A stretch of DNA of 64,000 nt from an uncultured Actinomycetota bacterium (GCA_963716505.1 CAVQTL010000015.1:104982-168981); one strand, 5' to 3'. Numbered from the stretch's first letter, positions 33,087 to 43,603 are shown. The notes: generated by a model from the sequence alone, not told the origin. Made by a program: numbers and translations.

Positions 33087-34582
33087 CCGGTCGCGGTCGG
33101 CTCACTCGCGGGCGCGCCGATGCCGGGCATGCCAAGGCCCACCCCCTGCGGCCGCTGGGAGTCCTCATGCGCGTCTCCGGCGCGGGTGCGTCGATGCGCC
33201 AGCACTGCGCCGTCGGCGATCAGGTGGTGCGGTGCGGCGTCGGTGACGGCGGTGGTCACGATGTCCCCCGGCCGGATGTCGGCGCCCATCGGGGTGAAGT
33301 GCACAAGCCTGCCGTCGCGTGCCCGTCCGGACATCCTGGCGGTGCGGCTGTCCTTGCGTCCCTCGCCGACCGCCACCAGCAGCTCCACGGAGTGGCCGAT
33401 CTGGGCGGCGTTCTCTTCCAGCGAGATACGCTCCTGAAGGTCGATGAGGCGTTGATAGCGTTCCTGCACAACGGCTTTCGGTAGCTGCCCTTCGAGCTCG
33501 GCGGCCGGTGTGCCGGGTCGCTTCGAGTACTGGAAGGTGAATGCCGCGCTGAACCGGGCGGCCGCGACCACATCGAGCGTGTGCTGGAAGTCCTGCTCCG
33601 TCTCGCCGGGGAACCCGACGATCACATCGGTGGTGATGGCGGCGTGCGGGATGGCGGTGCGCACCTTCTCGAGGATGGACAGGTAGCGGTCGGAGCGGTA
33701 CGAGCGGCGCATGGCCCGCAGCACCCGGTCCGAACCCGACTGCATCGGCATATGAAGGGCCGGGCAGATATTCGCCGTCTCCGCCATCGCCTCGATGACG
33801 TCGTCGGTGAACTCGGCCGGGTGTGGCGAGGTGAACCGCACCCGTTCCAGCCCGTCGATCCGCCCGCATGCGCGCAGCAGCTGCGCGAACGCCCCACGGT
33901 CGCGTGGCTGCTCGGGATCGGCGAACGAAACGCCGTACGCGTTGACGTTCTGGCCGAGCAGCGTCACCTCGAGGACGCCCTGGTCGACGAGCGCCTGGAC
34001 CTCGGCAAGCACGTCACCGGGCCTGCGGTCGACCTCCTTGCCGCGTAACGCGGGCACGATGCAGAACGTGCAGGTGTTGTTGCAGCCAACCGAGATCGAA
34101 ACCCAACCGGCGTAGGCGGATTCCCGCGCAACCGGCAGATTGGACGGGAACTCCTTGAGGGCTTCGACGATTTCGACCTGCGCCGCCCTGTTGTGCCTTG
34201 CCCGGTCCAGCAACGTCGGCAGCGACCCGATGTTGTGCGTTCCGAAGACCACGTCCACCCACGGGGCTCGGCGCAGCACCGCGTCGCGGTCCTTCTGGGC
34301 CAGGCACCCGCCGACGGCGATCTGCATGTCCGGGTCGGCCTGTTTGCGCGGCACGAGGTGGCTGAGGTTGCCGTAGAGCTTGTTGTCGGCGTTCTCGCGC
34401 ACGGCGCAGGTGTTGAACACCACCACGTCGGCGTCGGCGCCCTTGTCCGCGCGCCGGTAGCCGGCCGCCTCCAGCAGGCCGGCGAGGCGTTCGGAATCGT
34501 GGACGTTCATCTGGCAGCCGTAGGTACGCACCTGATAGGTGCGTACTGCCTCGTCGGTCGCCGTCGATGTCACGATGCCCAT
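33074..34582 (-). CDS. miaB: tRNA-2-methylthio-N6-dimethylallyladenosine synthase
   Basis: TYGCQMN, NTCAVRE, radical [15 protein letters not shown] domain. Confidence 0.97.
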   Translation of the reverse strand: MGIVTSTATDEAVRTYQVRTYGCQMNVHDSERLAGLLEAAGYRRADKGADADVVVFNTCAVRENADNKLYGNLSHLVPRKQADPDMQIAVGGCLAQKDRDAVLRRAPWVDVVFGTHNIGSLPTLLDRARHNRAAQVEIVEALKEFPSNLPVARESAYAGWVSISVGCNNTCTFCIVPALRGKEVDRRPGDVLAEVQALVDQGVLEVTLLGQNVNAYGVSFADPEQPRDRGAFAQLLRACGRIDGLERVRFTSPHPAEFTDDVIEAMAETANICPALHMPMQSGSDRVLRAMRRSYRSDRYLSILEKVRTAIPHAAITTDVIVGFPGETEQDFQHTLDVVAAARFSAAFTFQYSKRPGTPAAELEGQLPKAVVQERYQRLIDLQERISLEENAAQIGHSVELLVAVGEGRKDSRTARMSGRARDGRLVHFTPMGADIRPGDIVTTAVTDAAPHHLIADGAVLAHRRTRAGDAHEDSQRPQGVGLGMPGIGAPASEPTATGCAR

Positions 34583-34665
34583 GCTACGGGCGGCAATATG
34601 GCGTTAATTGAGCGGATTCACGAGTTGAAGACAAGCTGCGCGTTCCCTGGGTAAGGTCAGCACCC

Positions 34666-35406
34666 ATGGGTACGCCGATGGTCTCGATCAAGGGCGTCAA
34701 CAAGCACTTCGGCAGTCTGCACGTGCTGAAAGACATCAACCTCGAGGTCGACCGCGGTGAGGTGATCGTCGTGCTCGGGCCGTCGGGTTCGGGCAAATCG
34801 ACGTTGTGCCGGGCCATTAATCGGCTCGAGCCCATCGACTCCGGAACCATCACGATCGACGGTGAGGTGCTGCCCGAAGAAGGCCGCAAGCTCGCTCAGC
34901 TCCGATCCGATGTCGGGATGGTCTTCCAATCGTTCAACCTGTTCGCGCACAAGACAATTCTTCAGAACGTCACCCTGGCGCCGATGAAGGTGCGCAAGAA
35001 GTCCAAGACCGAGGCCCGCGAAAAGGCGATGCAACTGCTGGAGCGGGTCGGCATCGCCAACCAGGCCGACAAGTACCCCGCGCAGCTGTCTGGCGGCCAG
35101 CAGCAGCGGGTGGCGATCGCGCGATCGCTGGCGATGAACCCGAAGGTCATGCTCTTCGACGAGCCCACCAGCGCGTTGGACCCCGAGATGATCAACGAGG
35201 TGCTGAACGTGATGACCGGCCTCGCCAAGGAGGGAATGACGATGCTGGTGGTGACCCACGAGATGGGATTCGCCAGGGGTGCCGCGAACAAGGTCATCTT
35301 CATGGCCGACGGGGCGATCGTCGAGGCGGCTGAGCCCAAGACATTCTTCGAAACCCCGCAAACAGATCGGGCCAAAGACTTTCTCAGCAAGATTCTCCAC
35401 CACTAA
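34666..35406 (+). CDS. gluA: Glutamate ABC transporter ATP-binding protein
   Basis: GPSGSGKST, LSGGQQQRV, LFDEPTSALD; operon gluABCD next to miaB/recX. Confidence 0.92.
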   Translation: MGTPMVSIKGVNKHFGSLHVLKDINLEVDRGEVIVVLGPSGSGKSTLCRAINRLEPIDSGTITIDGEVLPEEGRKLAQLRSDVGMVFQSFNLFAHKTILQNVTLAPMKVRKKSKTEAREKAMQLLERVGIANQADKYPAQLSGGQQQRVAIARSLAMNPKVMLFDEPTSALDPEMINEVLNVMTGLAKEGMTMLVVTHEMGFARGAANKVIFMADGAIVEAAEPKTFFETPQTDRAKDFLSKILHH

Positions 35407-35429
35407 CGCTCGGCGAAAGGAACTCCAAC

Positions 35430-36249
35430 ATGCCGTCCATTTCAAAGCGCGTACTGGGTGCGCTCGCGCTGGCAGTCGCGTTGCCACTGGCGGCCACCGC
35501 CTGTGGCGGCGGAGGAGGTGGCGGCGACAGCGACACGATCGTCATCGGCACGAAGTTCGACCAGCCCGGTCTGGGGCTGAAGAACCCCGACGGGACGATG
35601 AGCGGTTTCGACGTCGACGTCGCGAAGTACGTCGCCAATGAACTCGGGTTCGCGGAGGACAAGATCGAGTGGAAGGAAGCGCCGTCGGCGCAGCGCGAGA
35701 CGCTGATCCAGAACGATCAGGTCAAGTTCATCGCGGCCACCTACTCGATCACCGACGCGCGCAAGGAGAAGGTCGATTTCGCCGGGCCGTACCTGATCAC
35801 CGGGACAGAGCCTGCTGGTACGCGCGGACAACACCGACATCACCGGCGAGGCGTCGCTGCAGAACAACAAGAAGCTGTGCTCGGTGTCGGGCTCGACACC
35901 TGCGCAACGCATCAAGGACAAGTTTGCGGGTGTCCAGCTGCAGCAGTACGACACGTACTCGGCCTGTGTCGAGGCCCTCAAGAACGGCGCGGTCGATGCG
36001 GTGACCACCGACGAGGTGATCCTGGCCGGCTACGCGGCGCAGACTCCGGGCGCGTTCAAGGTGGTCGGCGGGACCTTCTCGGAGGAGAAGTACGGAATCG
36101 GCCTGAAGAAGGGCGACACCGAGCTGCAGACCAAGATCAACGACGCCATCACCAAGATGGAGCAGGACGGAGCATGGAAGGCCGCGTTCGACAAGAACCT
36201 CGGGCCTGCAGGCATCACCGCGCCGGCGCCACCACCGCTCGACAAGTAA
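35430..36249 (+). CDS. gluB: Glutamate ABC transporter substrate-binding lipoprotein, +1 frameshift at about 35805
   Basis: Lipobox ATA-C; DQPGLG, GFDVDVA, ATYSIT..R; QSLLVR...CSVSGSTPA continues in the next frame; length 820 = 3n+1. Confidence 0.9.
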
Positions 36250-36265
36250 GCGGTCACCTGCCGAC

Positions 36266-36946
36266 GTGGAAGTCTTCAGCCAGTACCAGAGCCAGATCTT
36301 CGAGGCGTTCTGGACCACGATCCAGCTGACGGTCTACTCCGCGATCGGAGCGCTGATCCTCGGCACGGCGCTGGCCGCTATGCGGCTGGCGCCCGTGCCG
36401 ATGCTCAACTGGATAGGGACGGCTTACGTCAACGTGGTGCGCAACACCCCGCTGACCTTGATCATCCTGTTCTGTTCGTTCGGCCTGTCGCAGACGCTCG
36501 GGATCACGCTGGTCGACAAGGAATCGCTGACTTCGATCGAGGACAGCAACTTCCGGCTGGCGGTACTCGGATTGACCGTCTACACCGCGGCATTCGTGTG
36601 TGAGACGGTGCGCTCCGGCGTCAACACGGTGCCGCTCGGTCAAGCCGAAGCGGCCCGGTCGTTGGGGCTGACATTCAGCCAGAACCTGCGGATCGTCCTG
36701 CTGCCGCAGGCTTTTCGCGCGGTGATCATTCCGCTGGGGTCCGTATTGATCGCGTTGACGAAGAACACCACGATCGCGTCGGCGATCGGAGTGGCAGAGG
36801 CGGCGCTGCTTATGAAGGAGATGATCGAGAACACCGCGGCTCTGGCGACGATCGGCGCGATCTTCGCAGGCGGGTTCATCATCCTGACGCTGCCGACAGG
36901 TCTGTTCTTCGGCTGGCTCGGTAAGCGATTGGCGGTGGCGCGGTGA
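36266..36946 (+). CDS. gluC: Glutamate ABC transporter permease
   Basis: VRNTPL, ETVRSG, GQAEAARSLG, LTKNTT. Confidence 0.92.
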   Translation: MEVFSQYQSQIFEAFWTTIQLTVYSAIGALILGTALAAMRLAPVPMLNWIGTAYVNVVRNTPLTLIILFCSFGLSQTLGITLVDKESLTSIEDSNFRLAVLGLTVYTAAFVCETVRSGVNTVPLGQAEAARSLGLTFSQNLRIVLLPQAFRAVIIPLGSVLIALTKNTTIASAIGVAEAALLMKEMIENTAALATIGAIFAGGFIILTLPTGLFFGWLGKRLAVAR

Positions 36947-37833
36947 GTGGTGCATCGGTTCTCTTCGACGCGCCGGGACCGCGCGCACGGGCACGGAACT
37001 GGGTGTTCAACGCGGTCACGGCGGTCGTCGTCGCGCTGGTGATCTGGGTCGTGTACTCAAAACTGAACGCAAAGGGCCAGCTAACTGCCGCGAAATGGGA
37101 ACCATTCCTGACGTCGAACCTGTGGACGACGTACATATTGCCCGGCGTACAGGGGACGCTCACCGCGGCGGCGGTATCCATCGTGCTGGCGTTGGCGCTC
37201 GGCTTCGTCCTCGGCGTGGGCAGGATGTCTTCGCACAAAGCGATCAGCTGGGTGTGCTCGGTGATCGTCGAATTCTTCCGCGCCGTGCCTGTGTTGATCA
37301 TGATGATCTTCGCGTACTTCCTGTACGCGCAGTTCGACGTCTTTCCGGCCAAGCATTTGGCGCTCGCGGGCGTCATCACGGGTCTGACGCTCTACAACGG
37401 CGCGGTCATCGCCGAGATCGTCCGCGCCGGCGTCAACGCGCTACCACGGGGGCAGTCGGAGGCCGCGTCTGCGCTGGGGCTGACGTGGGGCCAGACGATG
37501 CGGGCGATCCTGCTGCCGCAGGCGGTCACGTCGATGTTGCCGGTGTTGATATCGCAGTTGGTGGTCGTCCTCAAGGACTCCGCGATCGGCTACGTGATCA
37601 CATTCCTCGAAATGGTGCGTCAGGGCGTCCAGTTGGGCGCGGCGTACGGCAACCTCCTTCCGGCCTTGATCGTCATCGCGTTGTTGATGATCACCGTCAA
37701 CTTCGCGCTGGGCTATTTCGCGACGTGGCTAGAGGGCCGGCTACGGCGGTCCAGTCGGGGTCCGGCGCCGATGCACGCGGACGAGCCCGTCTCGCAGGGT
37801 GCGTTCGGCGCCGGCGCCGGGGGCACGATTTAA
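36943..37833 (+). CDS. gluD: Glutamate ABC transporter permease
   Basis: EFFRAVP, AEIVRAG, GQSEAASALG, LKDSA. Confidence 0.92.
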   Translation: MSGASVLFDAPGPRARARNWVFNAVTAVVVALVIWVVYSKLNAKGQLTAAKWEPFLTSNLWTTYILPGVQGTLTAAAVSIVLALALGFVLGVGRMSSHKAISWVCSVIVEFFRAVPVLIMMIFAYFLYAQFDVFPAKHLALAGVITGLTLYNGAVIAEIVRAGVNALPRGQSEAASALGLTWGQTMRAILLPQAVTSMLPVLISQLVVVLKDSAIGYVITFLEMVRQGVQLGAAYGNLLPALIVIALLMITVNFALGYFATWLEGRLRRSSRGPAPMHADEPVSQGAFGAGAGGTI

Positions 37834-37994
37834 CCCGTTGGATCTCGAGGGCATCGAACAGCAGTCCCACACCTACTGACACGACGAGCTGAACTGAGTT
37901 GAACCATCCGGGCCCTTGATTCGTGGCCCAAGTGGCTGGGTGCACTCAGTCACGCAGCCGATCGAATCACGGACACACTCACCGGGGAGTCGTC

Positions 37995-39149
37995 ATGAAT
38001 GTATCGGTCCGTTCGTATCTATCATCGGGCGTCGCAGCCGCCACAGCCACCGTCATCGTCGTGGCGCCCATGGAGGCGCAGACACCCGCCCGGCCCGAGG
38101 CGCCTCCGGTCGCACTCGCCGCACAAGTACAACCGCCACAACTGCCTGCGCTGATCGCCCAGCAGGTCTCTTTCAACACCGGCGTCGCCGTGGACTTCGT
38201 CGTGACCGGGGCGCAGTTGCTCGGTCGCCAAATCCAGGTTGGACAGGCGCTCATCGACGATGTCGGTAATGGCACACCGATTCCCGTCGCAGTCGGACGG
38301 GCGATCGCGGGATTCACGAACATCGAACTGGACGCCGGACGCGAACTCGTCGGCTTCGGCAGGGAGTTGGCGGAGTTCCAGATCCAGTTCTTCGGCAACC
38401 TAGTTTCCCAGCAACTGCCTGCGCTGCTCGCCCAGCAGGTCTCTTTCAACACCGGCGTCGCCGTGGACTTCGTCGTGACCGGGGCGCAGTTGCTCGGTCG
38501 CCAACTCCAGGTTGCAGAGGCGCTCGTCGATGATTTGGGCAATGGCACACCGATACCCGTCGCAGCCGGGCGGGCGGTCGCGGGATTCACGAACATCGAA
38601 CTGGACGCCGGCCGCGAACTCGTGGGCTTCGGCAGGGAGTTGGTGGACTTCCAGATCGAGTTCTTCGGCAACCTGGTTTCCCAGCGGCCTCCGGCCGTCG
38701 CGGCACCTGCGGAGCAGACCCGCGCAGTGAGCGCCGGTACGGTCGACGCCGTCGACGATGTGGCGAATGGCGCCATCGCCCGTCTGGCGCAGGTGGTGAA
38801 TATTCCAGTCGCGCAATCACAGTCACGTCAGACCTCGCGCACTGGGGCCTCTCCCCGAATGGACAACGTAGTGACACTCAGCCGTGAAAAGCCGAAAGCA
38901 ACCGCTGTGGATCGCGACTCGACGAGGACGGCGATGTCGAGTGCCAAGGACACCGTGCGGCGGGTCGCCCACGCGCTACGTGACGGAGTCCGGCGCAATG
39001 GCTCGCCGAGCGCGAGCGACACAGCCGACAGTCCGAATGCGAGCAGCCGGCATCAGCAGTCGCACTCCGACGTCAGCAGGAAGCTTCGACAGTTGCTCGT
39101 CCCGACTAGACCTTCCTGCGCTCGCGTTCGTTGGCCAATGCGACCTTGA
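37995..39149 (+). CDS. Secreted hypothetical protein with a duplicated 91-aa domain
   Basis: Leader [25 protein letters not shown]...VALAA typical of exported proteins in rapid growers; the 3' end overlaps recX, so the true stop is uncertain. Confidence 0.75.
   Translation: MNVSVRSYLSSGVAAATATVIVVAPMEAQTPARPEAPPVALAAQVQPPQLPALIAQQVSFNTGVAVDFVVTGAQLLGRQIQVGQALIDDVGNGTPIPVAVGRAIAGFTNIELDAGRELVGFGRELAEFQIQFFGNLVSQQLPALLAQQVSFNTGVAVDFVVTGAQLLGRQLQVAEALVDDLGNGTPIPVAAGRAVAGFTNIELDAGRELVGFGRELVDFQIEFFGNLVSQRPPAVAAPAEQTRAVSAGTVDAVDDVANGAIARLAQVVNIPVAQSQSRQTSRTGASPRMDNVVTLSREKPKATAVDRDSTRTAMSSAKDTVRRVAHALRDGVRRNGSPSASDTADSPNASSRHQQSHSDVSRKLRQLLVPTRPSCARVRWPMRP
38139..38684 (+). repeat. Tandem 273-bp internal duplication (2 copies)
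   Basis: Copies start CAACTGCCTGCGCTG at 38139 and 38412; both encode [30 protein letters not shown]...FFGNLVSQ. Confidence 0.95.
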
Positions 39150-39636
39150 CGACGTCGAGCGCCATTGTCTGGCTGTAGCCGCGCCGGGCCAGCATGCCGA
39201 CCAGCCGCCGGGCCAGCTTGGCGTCGTCGTCGGTGAGCCGTTCGCGGCGCAGTTTGTCGTCGACCAGCTGCTCGGCGCGCTCCCGTTCGGCGCAGGCGTC
39301 GATATCGGCCAGCGCGGCGGTGATCACCTCGTTGTCGACGCCCCTGGTGCGGAGCTCGGCGGCCAAGGCGCGCTTGCCTTTTCCGGCGTTCACCCGACGC
39401 GACCGCACCCACTGCTCGGCGAAGTCGGCGTCGTCGACCAGGCCGACGGCGGTCAACCGGTCGAGTACCTGGGCGCTGACGTCGTCGGGGTAGCCGCGCT
39501 TGGTCAGCTGGCCGGCCAGCTCGGCACGGGTGCGGGCCCTCGCGGTGAGCAGGCGCAGGCAGAGCGCCCGCGCCTGCTCCTCGCGGGAGAGTTCAGCGGA
39601 CTTAGAAGTCAACGGGGGCGGGCAGGACTTCGTCAT
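39106..39636 (-). CDS. recX: RecA regulator RecX
   Basis: [35 protein letters not shown]; overlaps the recA 3' end by 35 bp. Confidence 0.95.
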   Translation of the reverse strand: MTKSCPPPLTSKSAELSREEQARALCLRLLTARARTRAELAGQLTKRGYPDDVSAQVLDRLTAVGLVDDADFAEQWVRSRRVNAGKGKRALAAELRTRGVDNEVITAALADIDACAERERAEQLVDDKLRRERLTDDDAKLARRLVGMLARRGYSQTMALDVVKVALANERERRKV

Positions 39637-42600
39637 CGGTCACCACTGCGCCAATGCCGAGCTTTTCCTTGATCTTCTTCTCGACCTCGTTGGCGATATC
39701 GACGTTTTCGATCAGGAAGGTGCGGGCGTTCTCCTTGCCCTGGCCCAGCTGCTCGCCCTCGTAGGTGAACCACGAACCGGACTTGCGGATGAAGCCCTGC
39801 TCGACACCCATGTCGATGAGCGAGCCTTCCTTGCTGATGCCCTTGCCATACAGGATGTCGAACTCGGCCTGTTTGAACGGGGGCGAGCAGTTGTGCACGA
39901 CAACCCCTTCCGCGACGAGGTTGTGCAGCTCCTCGACCTCGAGGTCGAACGTCCGTGCCCGCCGCGTTGGCAGCACTTCTCGGATCACCGAGTACCGGAG
40001 TTCCTCGGCCAACACATCACGCAAGAACTTGTCATCCAAGGCATCCGCGAGCGCCTGCACGCGATCCCGGCGGAGACGGCTGGCACCCAGAACCTGCTTC
40101 ATTCCACCACGAGGGTCCCCGGCACCTGCACCGATCATGGCCGCGGCTTCCTGTGCGGTCACGCCACGCTCGTCAAGGTAATTCAGCACGGCATCGGTCA
40201 TCTCAACGGCCAGATATGTCGCCTGCGATCCACGCCGTCGCCCCTGCATGGCTTCTGGAATCGCCTGGGTAAGAGCGATACCACGCGGCCCCCACATGGG
40301 AACCGCTTCCGCGAATGCCGTGACGTTCTCCATACCCGCGACCCGGACCTCGAATATCTGACGCTTGCTCTGGACCCGTCGGCCGTCGATGATGCTCGGC
40401 CGCTTCTGGGTCGGATCGTAGTCTCGAACGGTGCTCACGATGCCGAATCGCAGTAGCAGCCAATGGATCTGGTGTGCGAGCTGTTCAGAGGTCGTTGTGA
40501 AACCGAGCCGAAGCGCCCCGGTTTGTTCCCGGCTCACCCAGCCGTCACTCTCGAGCAGGCCGAAGAGCAGATTGCCGACAACATCGGGAGCGATATCTGG
40601 CTCGAAGAACCAGTTCGGAATCGTCTTCTCCCACGCGAGCTTGCCGTGAATACCGGCCTGCCGGCAAAGGTCGAGAACACCGTTGCGCTCACCAGGTCGA
40701 TGAGCGATCGCAATCGACATACGCCCCTGCGGATGGGCCGCACACCCGAGGGTCGCAGCGATTCGCGTCACGTCATCGATGAGTGCCTGCTGAACATTGA
40801 TGAAGTTGACCGGCGTCTTTCCTCCCACGTAGCCATCGCCTGATCAGATAGCCGAGCAGCCGGGCATGATCCGCGGAAATCGGCGCACTGTCACCGAATC
40901 CATCGAAGCGCCGCGGTTGCGCCACCCGGTCGCCCTTGCGGAGTTCCCCGGCCTGGCGCCAGCCGTACTCTGTCAGCACCTTGTGATCGGGTGTCGCCCA
41001 CACGGTTGCGCCACCGGCGATCCGCAACCCGATCACATCCTGCGTTCCCTGGTCGAACCAGGACACCACGGGCCGTGCATGCAGCGTTCCGTCCTTGGCC
41101 GCAGCCACGGCGTGAATTTGCTTCCGCCCATCGACGACATCCTCAATGCGATGCGTCATACCGGTGACCGGATCGAAGATCCGAGTGCCCTCTGCGAGGC
41201 ACTTGTTCTTGACGACCTTGACCCGGGTACGGTTGCCCACCGCGTCGGTGCCGTCCTTGAGACGTTTCAATTCGCCTGACATCCAAGCGAACTGAGGCGT
41301 AGAACTTCAAAGCCTTTCCGCCCGTTGTTGTTTCGGGCGAGTTATGCACCATAATGCCGTCAGCGAAGTAGTTGTGTGAGCCCTCGACTTCGATATCGAA
41401 TCGATTCATCGACCGAGTGTGCGGCTTAACGTGAACATCGAGCGACCCGCGCCGGCACCAAACGCTGCGTCGGTTCAACGAACTGCGGCGTAACCGATCC
41501 CTGGCCACGGAACCGCGGCAGCAGCTTGTAATCCATTGACGGCGCCATGTACGGCGCAACTATCTCCTGGAACTTCGCCGAGGCATGCGGTTGAGAACAC
41601 CAGCACTGACTTTCCGGCAGCACCTGACTGGCGCAACCGCACATCCAGACCATGGGTATCGCGCAGATAGTCACGCAGCCGCACTCGCGATCCTTCACTC
41701 ATTGCTTCCAGGCAGATCTCGATGCGGCCACTGCCACCCTCTGTGCGCTGCTGCAACCCCTTGGACCGCACGGTGAATGACCCGTCGTCCATGTACCAGA
41801 TGGCCAGAGCCAACGGGGTGAGCGCTTTCAGGTATTCCTCGGAGAGGAACTTCTTGCCGTCACCGAGGTACATCGCACGCTGCAATTCGGCAAGTTCTGG
41901 CAGCGGAGTGAAGTCGACAAACCTTGCGCCTTTTGCGTTTTCGCGGACTGAGTGCTTGATGTTGTCCATCAGTGCTGTTTTCCACTCCAGATATTCGGTC
42001 TGCTTGGCACCGTGTCCCAGCCGGAAACGCACACCGTTGCGGTCGCGACGATTGGGCGACAGGTTCCCGTCACCCATCAGCGAGCCGAGCACCACCTGGA
42101 ACTGCTGATCGCTGAGACGGTGCGGTTCAGCGGCCAACACCCGATCGCCGGCGATCAAGTCGCCGGCCTCGGTCCAGCCGGCCGGGGTGCGGATGAGATG
42201 GTTGGGGGTCGCGGCGAACTGCGACTTGCCGTTACCGCCAGACTTCTCAACCGTGAACTGCAGGAACTGTTTCGCGGGCCCGTTGTTGAACCAGTTCACC
42301 ACCTTGCGGGGAACGATCTGGTCGGTCGCCGGGTCATAGGACAGCACCTCGACGTCCATCTTTTGATTGACAATCTTGCCGATCTTCTCGGTGGTGCCGT
42401 CGGCCAACTGGACGCGAGTGGTGTAACTCACACATCCGAACATGACTCCGATTTTTTCGCGAAGCTGGTTGATGAAGATCGCGGTGGTGCCCGAATTGCT
42501 CAGCGCGCCAGTGATTTTCCGCAGTGCCTGGCTCATCAGCCGGGCCTGCAGGCCGACGTGGCTGTCGCCCATTTCACCCTCGATCTCCGCACGCGGCACC

Positions 42601-43049
42601 AACGCGGCGACCGAGTCGATGACCAGGATGTCCAGCGCGCCGGACCGGATCAGCATGTCGGCGATCTCCAGCGCCTGCTCGCCCGTGTCGGGCTGCGATA
42701 CCAGCAGCGAGTCGGTGTCCACGCCGAGCTTCTTGGCGTACTCCGGGTCCAGCGCGTGCTCGGCGTCGATGAACGCCGCGATGCCGCCGGCCGCCTGTGC
42801 GTTGGCCACCGCGTGCAGCGCGACGGTGGTCTTACCGGAGGACTCCGGGCCGTAGATCTCGACCACCCGGCCGCGCGGCAGCCCGCCGAGCCCGAGCGCG
42901 ACGTCCAGCGCGATCGAGCCGGTGGGGATGACGGAGATCGGCTGGCGCACCTCGTCACCGAGCCGCATCACCGAACCTTTGCCGTGGTTCTTCTCAATCT
43001 GCGCGAGCGCCAGCTCGAGGGCTTTCTCGCGATCAGGGGCCTGCGACAT
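39602..43049 (-). CDS. recA: Recombinase RecA precursor with two inteins; four +1 frameshifts (about 41585, 41444, 41262, 40841)
   Basis: Exteins are 205 aa (43049-42435, GPESSGKTT), 46 aa (41340-41202, SPETTTGG...KNK) and 95 aa (39889-39605, [10 protein letters not shown]...PVDF), totalling 346 aa. Stitched from five track ORFs, each shifted by +1. Confidence 0.96.
39890..41201 (-). mobile_element. RecA intein at the K251 site (M. tuberculosis type), LAGLIDADG homing endonuclease, 437 aa
   Basis: Starts [14 protein letters not shown] after KNK; block B TPDH; LLGYLIGDG and [10 protein letters not shown]; ends TFDLEV...VVHN followed by Cys; 1312 nt = 437 codons + 1. Confidence 0.95.
41341..42434 (-). 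mobile_element. RecA intein at the G205 site (M. leprae type), LAGLIDADG homing endonuclease, 364 aa
   Basis: Starts [13 protein letters not shown] after VMFG; block B TPNH; LGSLMGDG and LAIWYMDDG; ends FDIEV...MVHN followed by Ser; 1094 nt = 364 codons + 2. Confidence 0.95.
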
Positions 43050-43106
43050 GGGGTGGTCTCCCGTCCTAGGTGTTCGGTTGATCGGTTGTCGATCAAGTTG
43101 GCCGTG

Positions 43107-43129
43107 ACGCTAGAGGCCGCCACCGACAA
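43107..43129 (-). promoter_or_regulatory. recA P1, RecA-NDp/PafBC-type promoter
   Basis: Minus strand reads TTGTCGGTG-GCGGCCTC-TAGCGT. Confidence 0.85.
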
Positions 43130-43166
43130 GTCGGCCTGACCAGCATCTAGCCGTCGAACACTGCCC

Positions 43167-43189
43167 ACAGTAGACGAACACGTGTTCGA
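43167..43189 (-). promoter_or_regulatory. recA P2: SOS box plus -10 element
   Basis: Minus strand reads TCGAACACGTGTTCGT then C-TACTGT. Confidence 0.85.
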
Positions 43190-43271
43190 TTCAAGCTGAC
43201 ACGCCGATCGCACGCGGGCATACAGAAAATCGGCCTATGGTGGGGTCACCGGCTCGGCGGAGCGGACAGAC

Positions 43272-43601
43272 ATGCACGAAATGGCGATCACGCAGAGTGT
43301 TGTCGACGCGGTGTGTGAGCATGCCGCGGGACGCCGCGTGCACAGCGTGAAGCTCGAGGTCGGCGAGCTGTGCGCAGTGGTCCCCGACTCCATGCTGTTC
43401 TGCTTCGAACTTGCCACCCAGGGCACGGTCGCCGACGGCGCCCTTCTCGATCTCGACGTGCAGCCCGGCGCGGCGCGCTGCCGTACCTGTCGACAGCAGT
43501 TCGAGCTGCACGACCTGATCCTGTTGTGCCCGTGCGGAAGTGCCGACGTCGAAGTGCTGGCCGGCCGCGACCTGCGCATCCTCTCGATGGAAGTGAGCTG
43601 A
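43272..43601 (+). CDS. hypA: Hydrogenase nickel chaperone HypA
   Basis: MHEMAI, CRTC...CPCGS, GRDLRI. Confidence 0.95.
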   Translation: MHEMAITQSVVDAVCEHAAGRRVHSVKLEVGELCAVVPDSMLFCFELATQGTVADGALLDLDVQPGAARCRTCRQQFELHDLILLCPCGSADVEVLAGRDLRILSMEVS

Positions 43602-43603
43602 CC

